A DNA stretch of 64,000 bases, taken from the NCBI GenBank assembly GCA_041489255.1, contig JBGPQV010000001.1, positions 64,001 to 128,000 of the forward strand. The letters are read 5' to 3'. The position numbers were made by a program, and so were the translations under genes. The DNA is from Thermoplasmata archaeon. Lineage in GTDB: Archaea; Thermoplasmatota; Thermoplasmata; RBG-16-68-12; JAFNFQ01. Shown in pieces: positions 20,014-29,377 of this stretch (the stretch's first letter is position 1; the number at the start of each line of letters is the position of its first letter). The notes beneath the pieces are model-generated. The model did no database searches. It saw only the letters and a list, made by a program, of their open reading frames with translations, and was not told where the DNA came from.

Positions 20014-21028
20014 TCTCCCTCCCCTTCTCGACTTTCTTGGCGCGAACTACAGGTTCCTCCTCATCCTCGAAAATCGCACCGCAGCGATGGCACCTGGTGG
20101 CGGATGCAGAGACCTCGGAGCCGCAGTTCGTGCACTCGAAGCCGCCCCCTCCTGCATCGGATGGAACGCGGGCGGGTCCGCGCATAGTCCGTGCCTTCCC
20201 CACCCACCAGTACATCCCGACGATGATGAGGTAGAGTGTGAAGGGGAAGAGAAGTTGGACCAAGATTGCCAGCGCAATGACGGAGGAGAATGTGGTCCAG
20301 GATGCGTTTATTGGCCCGAACCCAAGCGGCGTTGAGACTTCCGTGTAGATCCCATTGTATGCAGTGTTCGCCGTGAAGTTGTAGAAATAGATCCCTTCGG
20401 TCAAAGCCAAGTGCATGTAGTAGGTCCATCCCTCGGACGCAGAGGGCGGCGCCGCGCTGGAGATATTTGAACTTATGTTGAACGTGCTGGTCCTTGTCGT
20501 GACCGCGTCGAAGACTCTCAGGGTCAGCCATACATCGGAGCGATCGACCGGATCGGTGTTCACATAGACAACCGAGTAGTTGTAGCTGCTTTCAGCAGGG
20601 CCTGCGTAAGGATCCACCATCCCATGATCGAGTCTCGTATTGCCGGATTGCGCTGACAATTCCTGTTCGGGAGAAGCCAAGGTCAGGGCCGTGTAGAAGA
20701 GGTTCACAAGAACAAGGGAGATGAGGAATACCGCAACGCCGTTAATGAGGTAGCGCTTGATGTTCCTCTCCTTCAGGTAATACGGCACCGCGAACATGAG
20801 CAGCGGCATGAAGAATGTCGCCAGGCAACCCGTGCCGACCGTCACCACCGAGGATGCGAGGGCGATCAGGAAAACGTAGAGAACCCGGAACCATTTGGAC
20901 TTGAGGAAACGCTTGAGAGGGGTCTCTTCTTTTTCGGGTGAGTACACGAGCGCGCTAAGGTCCAAGCCCCCTAAAAAGCTACGCAGCAGCTGGGTCCGGA
21001 CCAACCGTGCATCTTTGGTCTCAGCCAC
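19964..21028 (-). CDS. Membrane protein with extracytoplasmic Ig-like domain and C-terminal zinc ribbon
   Basis: Three N-terminal TMs, beta-rich loop, TM, then CTNCG...CHRCG; alternative TTG start 20965. Confidence 0.8.
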   Translation of the reverse strand: MAETKDARLVRTQLLRSFLGGLDLSALVYSPEKEETPLKRFLKSKWFRVLYVFLIALASSVVTVGTGCLATFFMPLLMFAVPYYLKERNIKRYLINGVAVFLISLVLVNLFYTALTLASPEQELSAQSGNTRLDHGMVDPYAGPAESSYNYSVVYVNTDPVDRSDVWLTLRVFDAVTTRTSTFNISSNISSAAPPSASEGWTYYMHLALTEGIYFYNFTANTAYNGIYTEVSTPLGFGPINASWTTFSSVIALAILVQLLFPFTLYLIIVGMYWWVGKARTMRGPARVPSDAGGGGFECTNCGSEVSASATRCHRCGAIFEDEEEPVVRAKKVEKGREIETKGKSAATKKEGGK

Positions 21029-21170
21029 TTACTCCAAGCCTGTCGTCCGGAACAAAACAGGTGGGGTGCACGATCGTGATGAGCGGGCAGACATGGGGGA
21101 TGATTTTGTCAAATTGTTATATTCTGTATATTCTCAAACATTAATATCATCATCATAACCTTGCAAGAAC

Positions 21171-21752
21171 ATGGACCGCGGTAACAATGGCCTTCGGAGC
21201 AAGTGGGGAGAGAGATTCACGAAAGCAACACTGGTTCAGGGAGCCCTCGCCACGGGTCTGACCGCCTATCTGCTGTATCAGGGGGTGTTCGGCGTGCCCG
21301 CGGCCTCTCGCATCGTCGCCGGTGGAGGGGCCGGGATGTGGCTGACTGTCGGGTACTTCGCATACATCATCATGGGCGTTCTGGCAACGATGGCGGTGGC
21401 CCTGTTCTTCAGGCACCTCGAGCTGGATCTCAAGAGGAGATTCAACAAGTGGACCAGCGGACTCGCCTGGATCACGCTCGTGATGTGGAACATAGGCGTC
21501 ATCGGTGCTACATGGCTCATGATGTACGCCGGATACACGGGAGGGGCGGCGGCCCTGCCGACGACCTCGGGCGGTCTCGGCTACAACGCCGGCCAGGTCC
21601 ACTCATTGATCATGGTCGGCTATCCGACGCCCATCGCCATCTTCATGGCAGTTGCGGTGTTCGGAGCATTCCTCGGGCTGCTTGACGCCGCCCTCGTGTG
21701 GCTACGCCCCGCGAAGGTTGAAGCGCCCGTGGAAGCAAGCGTCGGCCAGTAA
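21171..21752 (+). CDS. Four-TM hypothetical membrane protein
   Basis: Hydrophobic ORF with an AT-rich promoter upstream and hairpin terminator downstream. Confidence 0.75.
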   Translation: MDRGNNGLRSKWGERFTKATLVQGALATGLTAYLLYQGVFGVPAASRIVAGGGAGMWLTVGYFAYIIMGVLATMAVALFFRHLELDLKRRFNKWTSGLAWITLVMWNIGVIGATWLMMYAGYTGGAAALPTTSGGLGYNAGQVHSLIMVGYPTPIAIFMAVAVFGAFLGLLDAALVWLRPAKVEAPVEASVGQ

Positions 21753-21765
21753 GCCAGACTCAAGA

Positions 21766-21840
21766 TTCCCCCCTCGGGGAAGGCCGCGCCAAAGGGCCGG
21801 GACAGCCCGGCCCCCCATTCTCTTTTCTTCTGCTTTTCTT
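21766..21840 (+). terminator. Double hairpin plus pyrimidine tract
   Basis: TTCCCC-CCTC-GGGGAA (21766-21781); GGGCCGGG-ACAG-CCCGGCCC (21794-21813); TCTCTTTTCTTCTGCTTTTCTT. Confidence 0.65.
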
Positions 21841-21933
21841 CAATCCCAGCTTAGCCATCGACCCCGAATCGATACGCGCATCCAAGGATTTATATGACCA
21901 TGGCAGACTAATTGTCCCTTCCTCGGTATTCGG

Positions 21934-22878
21934 ATGAAAACCGCCATTGTAGCTATTGGTGGCAACGCCCTCCTGCCCGCCAAGGACTCTGGCACAGCTG
22001 AGGGGCAGAGGAAGCGGATACGCGAGACTTGCCGGCACCTAGCAGCGGTTATCCAGAGAGGTTGGGACATAGCGCTTGTCCACGGGAATGGACCTCAGGT
22101 AGGCAACATACTGCTGCAGAACGAAGCAGCCCAAGCGACTGTCCCGGCGTTGCCGCTCGATGTTTGTGTTGCGGAAAGCCAAGCACAGATCGGATATGTG
22201 CTGCAGCAGGAGCTCTCTAACGAACTCGCCGCCAGAGGAATCAGGAAGAATGTCGTCAGCATCGTCACCCAAGTCGTCGTCGACGAGAACGACCCGGCGA
22301 TGCAGAACCCGACGAAGCCAATCGGCCCCTATTATGACCGGGACAGGGCTGAGGAACTCAAGAAGGCGAGGGGGTGGAAGCTGGTCTACGACAGGAGGGG
22401 GGGATATCGACGTGTGGTGCCCTCTCCAAAGCCAATCGATATAGTCGAAAAGGCCACAATAGAGAGGCTGATGTTCACCGGCACGACGGATTGGGTGGTC
22501 ATCGCAGCGGGGGGCGGCGGTGTCCCAGTAATCAGGAAGAACGGGGAATTGATTGGGGTTGAGGCGGTAATCGACAAAGACCTTGCCGCAGCCGTCTTGG
22601 CGAAAGTGGTCAAGGAGAAGTTGCTTGTGATGCTCACCGACGTGGCGCATGTTGCGGTGAACTTCGGGAAAGTGGAGCAGACGAACATCGGTCGGATGAC
22701 GGTGGCCGAGGCGAGACACTACATGGCCCAAGGCCACTTCCCGCCGGGGAGCATGGGGCCGAAAGTCGAGGCTGCAATCGAATTCCTGGAGGGCGGCGGT
22801 GAGAGGGTCATCATAACGAACCCAGACAACTTCGAGAAGGCCCTCGAAGGCGTGGCGGGTACGACGATTACGCCATAG
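21934..22878 (+). CDS. arcC: Carbamate kinase
   Basis: AIGGNAL, HGNGPQVG, PTKPIGP, RRVVPSP, EAVIDKD, GSMGPKV. Confidence 0.96.
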   Translation: MKTAIVAIGGNALLPAKDSGTAEGQRKRIRETCRHLAAVIQRGWDIALVHGNGPQVGNILLQNEAAQATVPALPLDVCVAESQAQIGYVLQQELSNELAARGIRKNVVSIVTQVVVDENDPAMQNPTKPIGPYYDRDRAEELKKARGWKLVYDRRGGYRRVVPSPKPIDIVEKATIERLMFTGTTDWVVIAAGGGGVPVIRKNGELIGVEAVIDKDLAAAVLAKVVKEKLLVMLTDVAHVAVNFGKVEQTNIGRMTVAEARHYMAQGHFPPGSMGPKVEAAIEFLEGGGERVIITNPDNFEKALEGVAGTTITP

Positions 22879-22927
22879 CCCTGCATGGCCCATCTTTAGC
22901 TAGTCGGCGCGGCGATTCACCCGCCAC

Positions 22928-23668
22928 ATGGTAGACTCGATGCGTCTCTATGGGCAGGCGATGATTGACCACTTGCACGGAAGGATGGGGAGGCTTGTGA
23001 TCGAGCGAGACGATGGACGGAGGGAAGTGACCGATATCTCCTCCCTCTTCGCACCATACTCGGGGACACACGAAAGATGGCGGGAGGATGAACGGAAAGC
23101 CATCCACCTCGCGAGAGGACATGTGCTTGATATTGGCTGCGGACCCGGGCGGGTCGCCCTGTATCTTCAACGAAGAGGAATCAGAGTAACCGCCATCGAC
23201 ATCTCTCCCGAGGCGCTCCAAGTCGCGAAAACGCGCGGCGTTCGGAATGCCATGCTCATGGACGCCCGCCAGCTCTCATTCCCGCCCAGGAGCTTCGACA
23301 CCTTCGTCATGTTCGGAAACAACTTCGGCATCTGCGGGGACTTCGCCGCAACGAGGCGATTCCTCAAGGGATTGGCGCGAGTGGTGCGGCCCCGAGCGCG
23401 GCTCATAGCATCGACGCGAACACCTGGCTCATGGATTCTTCGGCATGCGCCCTACGTCATGAAAAATGTCCGCGAGGGGCGTCCGCCCGTCCTCATCAGG
23501 CTCAGACTCGAGTACAAAGGCGAGAAGGGATCATGGTTCCCGCTGCTGCTCCTCAGCCCTGACGATGCGATGAGACTCTGTCTCTCGGCGGGCTGGGAGG
23601 TTGTCAGGGTCGTGCCGTGTGGCGGTGGGATTGAGGATTATTCCTTCGTCGCGGAAAAGCTGGGTTGA
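22928..23668 (+). CDS. Class I SAM-dependent methyltransferase
   Basis: VLDIGCGPGR motif I, AIDISP, FDTFVMFGNNFG. Confidence 0.9.
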   Translation: MVDSMRLYGQAMIDHLHGRMGRLVIERDDGRREVTDISSLFAPYSGTHERWREDERKAIHLARGHVLDIGCGPGRVALYLQRRGIRVTAIDISPEALQVAKTRGVRNAMLMDARQLSFPPRSFDTFVMFGNNFGICGDFAATRRFLKGLARVVRPRARLIASTRTPGSWILRHAPYVMKNVREGRPPVLIRLRLEYKGEKGSWFPLLLLSPDDAMRLCLSAGWEVVRVVPCGGGIEDYSFVAEKLG

Positions 23669-23735
23669 ACAGCTTTCTCGTCCGATGCTCGTGTCGCAAT
23701 CCTTTTAGCCAGCTGTCCGGATGCTCATCCGTCGA

Positions 23736-24839
23736 ATGGCCACCATAGAAGACCATATCAAAGAAGTCGAGGACGAAATCCAGCGCACGCCGTACAACAA
23801 GGCGACCCAGCACCACATCGGCAAGCTCAAAGCGAAGTTGGCGCGGCTCAAGGACGAGGCGCAGAAACGTCTGTCTGCAAGGGGCGGCGGCGCCCCCGGA
23901 TACGCCGTCAAGAAGTCCGGTCACGCGACGGTCGCGATTGTCGGCTTCCCCAGCGTCGGCAAGAGCACGCTCCTGAACCAGATAACGGATGCGAACAGCC
24001 CGGTCGCCAGCTACGACTTCACGACGCTGGACGTCATCCCGGGAGTCATGTACCACAACGGGGCGCAAATCCAAATCCTCGACATGCCCGGGCTGATCAG
24101 GGGGGCATCGAAGGGCAGGGGCAGAGGGCGGGAAGTCATCTCGGTGGCCAGAGGCTCCGACCTCATCATGCTCATGGTCGATGTCTTCGAGGCGAACATC
24201 GACGTCCTCGTGGACGAGCTGAGCCAGAGTGGCATCCGGCTGAATCAACACCCGCCGGACGTGGTGATCACGAAGAAATCGAGGGGCGGCGTCGATGTCA
24301 ACCCGACGGTGAAGCTCACACGGATGAACAAGGAGACCATCGCGGATATGCTCCGCGAGTTCGGTTACATCAATGCCGACATCGTCGTCCGCGACGACAT
24401 CACGGAGGATCAGTTGGTCGATATCCTGGCGGGGAACCGCGTCTACGTCCCGGCTTTCATCGTGATTAACAAAGTCGACCTAGTCACGGATGAGTACCTG
24501 AAGAAAGTCAAAGCGCGGATGAAGGGCTGGAAGTTCTTGGCGGTTTCGGCGGAAAAAGGCGGCGGACTCGACGTGCTGAAGGACACCATATATGATGTGC
24601 TGAACTTCATTCGGATTTTCCTGAAGCCGCAGGGAAAGGATGCGGACATGGCGGAGCCCTTGATCACGAGGCAGGGCGCCACGGTCGAAACCGTCTGCGA
24701 GACAATCCACAGGGACTTCCGCAAGAAGTTCCGCTACGCCAACATCTGGGGCCCAAGCGCAAAGTTCCCCGGGCAGACGGTTGGCCTGAATCACGGTCTG
24801 CTGGACGGGGACATCCTGACGCTGGTGCTCAAGAGGTGA
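23736..24839 (+). CDS. drg: DRG-family (OBG superfamily) GTPase with TGS domain
   Basis: YNKATQHHIGKLKAKLA, GFPSVGKST, DMPG, NKVD, C-terminal TGS. Confidence 0.95.
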   Translation: MATIEDHIKEVEDEIQRTPYNKATQHHIGKLKAKLARLKDEAQKRLSARGGGAPGYAVKKSGHATVAIVGFPSVGKSTLLNQITDANSPVASYDFTTLDVIPGVMYHNGAQIQILDMPGLIRGASKGRGRGREVISVARGSDLIMLMVDVFEANIDVLVDELSQSGIRLNQHPPDVVITKKSRGGVDVNPTVKLTRMNKETIADMLREFGYINADIVVRDDITEDQLVDILAGNRVYVPAFIVINKVDLVTDEYLKKVKARMKGWKFLAVSAEKGGGLDVLKDTIYDVLNFIRIFLKPQGKDADMAEPLITRQGATVETVCETIHRDFRKKFRYANIWGPSAKFPGQTVGLNHGLLDGDILTLVLKR

Positions 24840-24888
24840 GGGAAGGCTTAAATTGGCACGCCAGCGTATGACGGCGGGAGGTCTGTCT

Positions 24889-27300
24889 ATGCCGGGGCGA
24901 GGAGGAGCAGTGATTCTGCTCGCAGTCTTCATTTTAGGGTGCATACTCGTGCCAACTTCCCGCAACGTCTCTGCGGCCGAACCGATAGGGAATGATTTCT
25001 GGGGAGTGGTCGTCGCGGACGGCGGTGACAATCCTCCCAGCGGCCTGCAGGTCAGGGCGGAGGTTGACGGTGTCGTATACGGCACCGGGAGCACGCTGAA
25101 CACGGGAATCAACACAGTATACGCCATGAGCACCGAGGGGGATGACGATGCCACGCCGGAGAAGGACGGCATCGTTACCGGCGACCTTATGATGTTCTGG
25201 GTGGAAGGCTACGTCTGCGACGAGACCTACAACAACTGGCAGGCGGGCCAAGTGATAATCGGCATCCCCATACCAACGGTGACGAACCTGGACCTTCACT
25301 ATTCCACCGTCGGACAGCCCGCCCCCCTCAAGATCAACGAGGTCATGCCCAACCCGACCATGGGAGATGACTGGATCGAAATCTACAACCCGACGGCAAA
25401 TGCCGTCGCTCTCAGTCAATATAGAGTCGAGGACAGCGAGGGATACACCCAGCAGTTGAGCGGCGCCATAGACCCGTACGGTTTCCTGGTCGTCTCGCTG
25501 ACCGGAGGGGATGTGCTGGCGAATTCCGGACAGGACGAGATCAAGATAGCCTGGCGGGATTCTTCGGGCATCAAAGCTGGCGGCAACTGGGTGCCGATTG
25601 ACCGCATGGAGTACGGGCCGGGCGGGAGCGGGCCCGGAGACACTGCCCCCAGCAACGGGGACATGGTGAACGCCCAACTGCCGCCACTCGATGTCAGCCT
25701 TGAGCTGGTGCCTGACGGCGACGAAACGAACCATCCAAACGTCGATTACACATTGGCCTCCAGACCTGAGAGTACGCCAGGCTACACGAACACCGAGGTG
25801 CAACCGACAATCGCGCTGATCACCCCACCGAGCGGGATCACGAGCGCAGACCTGAACTACAGCATCGCGTGGACCGATGATGACCCTGATGACAACGCCG
25901 ATATCCGCCTCTTCTACGACGTCGACGATCAACCCGGAGGCGAGTCGCCGATTGCGAGCCTGCCTCTGGCGGAGGACCAGGACGGCCCTGGGGACCAGTA
26001 TCTTTGGGACACGACCAGCGTGCCCGCCGGACTCTATTTTATCAAGGCAGTCATAAGTGATAGAATCACCCCGGACTTCAGCGCCTACAGCCCGGGAAGA
26101 GTCTCGATAGTCCATCCGCCGAGCATCACACTTCTCGAGCCGGATGGCGTCGGAGACGTGGCAGACAGCGTCTTCAACATACGCTGGGTGGACTCAGATG
26201 CCGACAGCAACGCATCCATAACCCTTCGTTACGACGAGGACTGCAATTTCGGGGGCGAGGTTCTCATCGACCTTGTTCCTTGGGGCGAAGATCCGGACGG
26301 CATCTGGGACACATATCCCTGGAACCTGGACGCCATTCCGGAGGGGCAATACTACGTGAAGGCGACGATAGACGATGACATCAACACACCAGTCTACTCA
26401 TGCAGTCCCGGCCCGCTCACTGTCATACACCCGCCGTCGATAACGATTCTCAAGCCAGATGCGATTGGCGACGAGACTCACCGCTCCTACAGGATCGATT
26501 GGGACGATCGCGACGCGGACGACAATGCAACGATCAGTCTCTGGTATGACGCTGACAAAACGCTCGGCGGGGAGACGCTGATTGCGCAGGTCCCCTGGGG
26601 AGAGGATCCCGATGGGACCGCCTTCGACTCCTATTTGTGGAACACCACCCTCGTTCCCCCTGGTTACTACTACATCAAGGCAATCATAGACGATGGCAAG
26701 TCCAGCAACTACTCATACAGCGCCGGCCGAATAAGGATCACCGCCAACGACCCGCCAGAAATCACGGTCCTGGAGCCGAGCGGGGAGAGAGAAGCCAGCA
26801 GGACTTTCCTGATCACCTGGATCGACCATGATGAGGACGACAATGCAACGATTAGCCTCTACTATGACACCGATAGAAACCCGGGTGGGGAAATCTTCAT
26901 CGGCGTGGTTCCCCAAGGTTCACTCAGCGACAATAACACATTTCTATGGATTGTCTCCGATATCCCGGAGGGACTATACTACATCAGGGCGGTAATCACC
27001 GATGGCATGGCCACGGCGCGCAGCTACAGCACCGGGACCGTTCGTGTTGTTCACCCCCGGCAAGCGGGGAATCTGAACGTCGGCGACTTTCTCCTCGTGA
27101 TAATCGTCGCTCTGGCCATCGTGATTTCGGCTTTCTTTCTGTTTCTGTATGGGAGAAGACGCAGGAAGCGGAGCGCCGAGGTCGCCAAAGTGAAAGAAGA
27201 CGGGACGGACAAAGAGAGCGACGGCGGAAACGAAGCAATCGGAGAGCGACGCGCTCAAGAGGACGCAGAGGCTACTCGGAAGCGCCCGGGTTTTGAGTGA
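24889..27300 (+). CDS. Cell-surface protein: signal peptide, lamin-tail-like domain, four Ig-like repeats, C-terminal TM anchor
   Basis: INEVMPNP...DWIEIYNP (LTD); four repeats with I.W.D.D.DDNA.I.L.YD; SD GGAGGT before ATG 24889. Confidence 0.85.
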   Translation: MPGRGGAVILLAVFILGCILVPTSRNVSAAEPIGNDFWGVVVADGGDNPPSGLQVRAEVDGVVYGTGSTLNTGINTVYAMSTEGDDDATPEKDGIVTGDLMMFWVEGYVCDETYNNWQAGQVIIGIPIPTVTNLDLHYSTVGQPAPLKINEVMPNPTMGDDWIEIYNPTANAVALSQYRVEDSEGYTQQLSGAIDPYGFLVVSLTGGDVLANSGQDEIKIAWRDSSGIKAGGNWVPIDRMEYGPGGSGPGDTAPSNGDMVNAQLPPLDVSLELVPDGDETNHPNVDYTLASRPESTPGYTNTEVQPTIALITPPSGITSADLNYSIAWTDDDPDDNADIRLFYDVDDQPGGESPIASLPLAEDQDGPGDQYLWDTTSVPAGLYFIKAVISDRITPDFSAYSPGRVSIVHPPSITLLEPDGVGDVADSVFNIRWVDSDADSNASITLRYDEDCNFGGEVLIDLVPWGEDPDGIWDTYPWNLDAIPEGQYYVKATIDDDINTPVYSCSPGPLTVIHPPSITILKPDAIGDETHRSYRIDWDDRDADDNATISLWYDADKTLGGETLIAQVPWGEDPDGTAFDSYLWNTTLVPPGYYYIKAIIDDGKSSNYSYSAGRIRITANDPPEITVLEPSGEREASRTFLITWIDHDEDDNATISLYYDTDRNPGGEIFIGVVPQGSLSDNNTFLWIVSDIPEGLYYIRAVITDGMATARSYSTGTVRVVHPRQAGNLNVGDFLLVIIVALAIVISAFFLFLYGRRRRKRSAEVAKVKEDGTDKESDGGNEAIGERRAQEDAEATRKRPGFE

Positions 27301-27778
27301 CACCGGCGTCTGCCTTCTCCTCCTTATGCCGACCCGAGTATTGCCACAATGCGATTATCATCAGAATGACTATCATTATCGCATGCGATGCGGCGCAGAA
27401 TATGCAGAGCTTGTGGATCACCGCGAACTCAAGGTAGTTCAGGTAAACCACGAAGATAACGCCAATCACCGAGAACAGCAGGAGCAGGGACACGAAGCGC
27501 CCCTTCCTGTCGAATTCTGGATAGTACAGCTTCAGATAGGACAGACTGAACACGGCCACAAAGCCAGCGAGCCCGACCACAGCCCAAGGAAGTCCAGGGA
27601 ACACCTCCGAGTAAGGGCCTCCGTTGACGTCCTCGCAGCTGGACCAGGGGCCTATCTCGCAGAATTCCGCCGAGACCAGCCTGTAGTGGTTCGCGACCAG
27701 AAACGTGGCGAGGCCTATCCCTGCCATGCTCAGAATCAGGACGACACCCATGACGCGGGCTTCGCGGCTTCCTTTCAA
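27272..27778 (-). CDS. Vitamin K epoxide reductase (VKOR) family disulfide-formation protein
   Basis: Loop Cys pair C-EIGPWSS-C, YS motif, CIFC active site, four TMs. Confidence 0.92.
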   Translation of the reverse strand: MKGSREARVMGVVLILSMAGIGLATFLVANHYRLVSAEFCEIGPWSSCEDVNGGPYSEVFPGLPWAVVGLAGFVAVFSLSYLKLYYPEFDRKGRFVSLLLLFSVIGVIFVVYLNYLEFAVIHKLCIFCAASHAIMIVILMIIALWQYSGRHKEEKADAGVTQNPGASE

Positions 27779-28494
27779 GGTGTCAACTCGCTGATTATCG
27801 CGCTTCTCAATCCGGCCAGATCACCCGCGCCGGTGTTCTTGTAGGCAATCTTGCCGTCCGTTCCAATGAGGAAGAAAGTGGGCGTCGCGGTCACCTGGTA
27901 CAGAGTCCTCACGGCCGTCCCCGACGTCTCCACCAAGTAGGTCCACGGCGTGGGGTATTGCGATATGAATGAGTTCACCATGTCGAATGTCGGCGGGTTC
28001 GTGAATCCCTCAGCCTCAAGGGTTATTGCTATGCTCACAAACTCCACACTGGCCCCATAGTCGCCGTATAGAACCCTTAAGGGAGATGTTGGAGTCTGGA
28101 CCTCGCCAATGCACGCACTGCACTGCGGGTGAAAGAACTCAAGGAGGATTGGTTTGGCGTCACGCAGGTGGATGTCGAGGTTCCAGTCCTGCCTACTGGC
28201 GTTATCCGTCAGCGTGAAGTCGGGCGGACTGTCTCCCACCCCGAGACCGCGTGGAATCAAAACCAACGCCAAGATCACCACCACCACGACGATTGCGGCG
28301 ATGATGACTATCCATCTTCCCCTCGGTCTCGCCGAAGGCTTGTAGGCCCTCTTGGCCTCCTTGACCTCTCTCTGCTCTTCCTGGTCCAGCTGGATGTCCA
28401 CCTTCTCCTTCGGATGAACCTTCTTGACGTGCGCTTCGAGCTTGTCAATCCCAACTTTCTGCCCGCAAACCGGACAGGCTTTCATCTTGGCCAT
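27775..28494 (-). CDS. C2H2 zinc-finger / TM / TlpA-like thioredoxin-fold protein
   Basis: CPVC...HVKKVH; TM; PDFTL, LEFFHPQCSAC, ATPTFFLI. Confidence 0.88.
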   Translation of the reverse strand: MAKMKACPVCGQKVGIDKLEAHVKKVHPKEKVDIQLDQEEQREVKEAKRAYKPSARPRGRWIVIIAAIVVVVVILALVLIPRGLGVGDSPPDFTLTDNASRQDWNLDIHLRDAKPILLEFFHPQCSACIGEVQTPTSPLRVLYGDYGASVEFVSIAITLEAEGFTNPPTFDMVNSFISQYPTPWTYLVETSGTAVRTLYQVTATPTFFLIGTDGKIAYKNTGAGDLAGLRSAIISELTP

Positions 28495-28592
28495 TCAACT
28501 GTCCTTCCTTGCTAGTATCCTAGAACATTCAGGCATATTAAGACTGACCTTTGGAGAATCACTTAGCTTACTGGCGGGCGGCAGTGGGAGCC

Positions 28593-29296
28593 TCATAAAA
28601 CCAGCTGCGCCGCCGCCTCGAGAGTGGCATAGTCCACGATGCCGGTGTGCGTCCATGCCACATATCCGTTCCTGTCTATGACGAAAACCGTGGGCAAAGC
28701 GACGACGCCGTAGAGATCGCGCACAGTTGTGCCGTTGTCCACGAGATAGGTCCAATTGGTGTCGTACTGCTCTTTGAACTCCCGCACGAGCTCGGGCGTC
28801 GGGGTGATGTGCCCCACGCCTTCCAATGATGTCACCACTGTCACAAACTCGATTTCCGAGCCTAGTTCCCATATAGTTCCCTGAGCGAACCGCCTGGGCT
28901 CTGCGCCCACGACATACATGGATTGCAGTCGAGCGCGATGAACTCGATGAATATCGGCTTGCCTTCGCGGATGTGATTCCCCAGATTCCAATCGCTGCCG
29001 CTGGTGTCTGACAAGCTGAAGTTCAGAGGATTCTTGACGGCCTTGGGAACCATCAGGATTGATATGGTTGCAAGAATGATGATTGTCACCAATGTCAGCG
29101 CGAGGAGGACTATCCAGCCTCGCTTCCTCGATGCTTCTTCCGGCCCTGTGCCGTCCCCGTGCACCTTCTCCCGATTGCCCTCCCCCGCTGAATTGCCGGC
29201 GGAAGACCCGGCAGGATGCATCTGCTCCATGTGTCCCTTGATATCGCCTTCGACTACCCGCTCAGCGCAAATCGGGCAGGTCGTTTCTCCTTCCAT
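28593..29296 (-). pseudogene. Frameshifted paralogue of the ZnF-TM-TlpA protein
   Basis: CPIC...HMEQMH, TM, DCNPC in one frame; C-terminal half (GSEIEFVT...ALPTVFVID) in another; one base missing at ~28863 creates TAG. Confidence 0.82.
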
Positions 29297-29377
29297 GGGG
29301 AAACCCTCCTTCTCGATTCTTCACGCCACCAGCGCTTATTAATAATGTCTGGTACGCTCTTAGTATGCGGAGGATCT

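Noticed and set aside
21118-21134. TATATTCT direct repeat upstream of 21171
   Set aside because: Short and within an AT-rich promoter; could be chance
24934-26115. Long antisense ORFs (this one and others such as 22039..22893, 36615..37517, 53992..55110, 61783..62832)
   Set aside because: Shadow frames of GC3-rich genes, with no recognisable motifs
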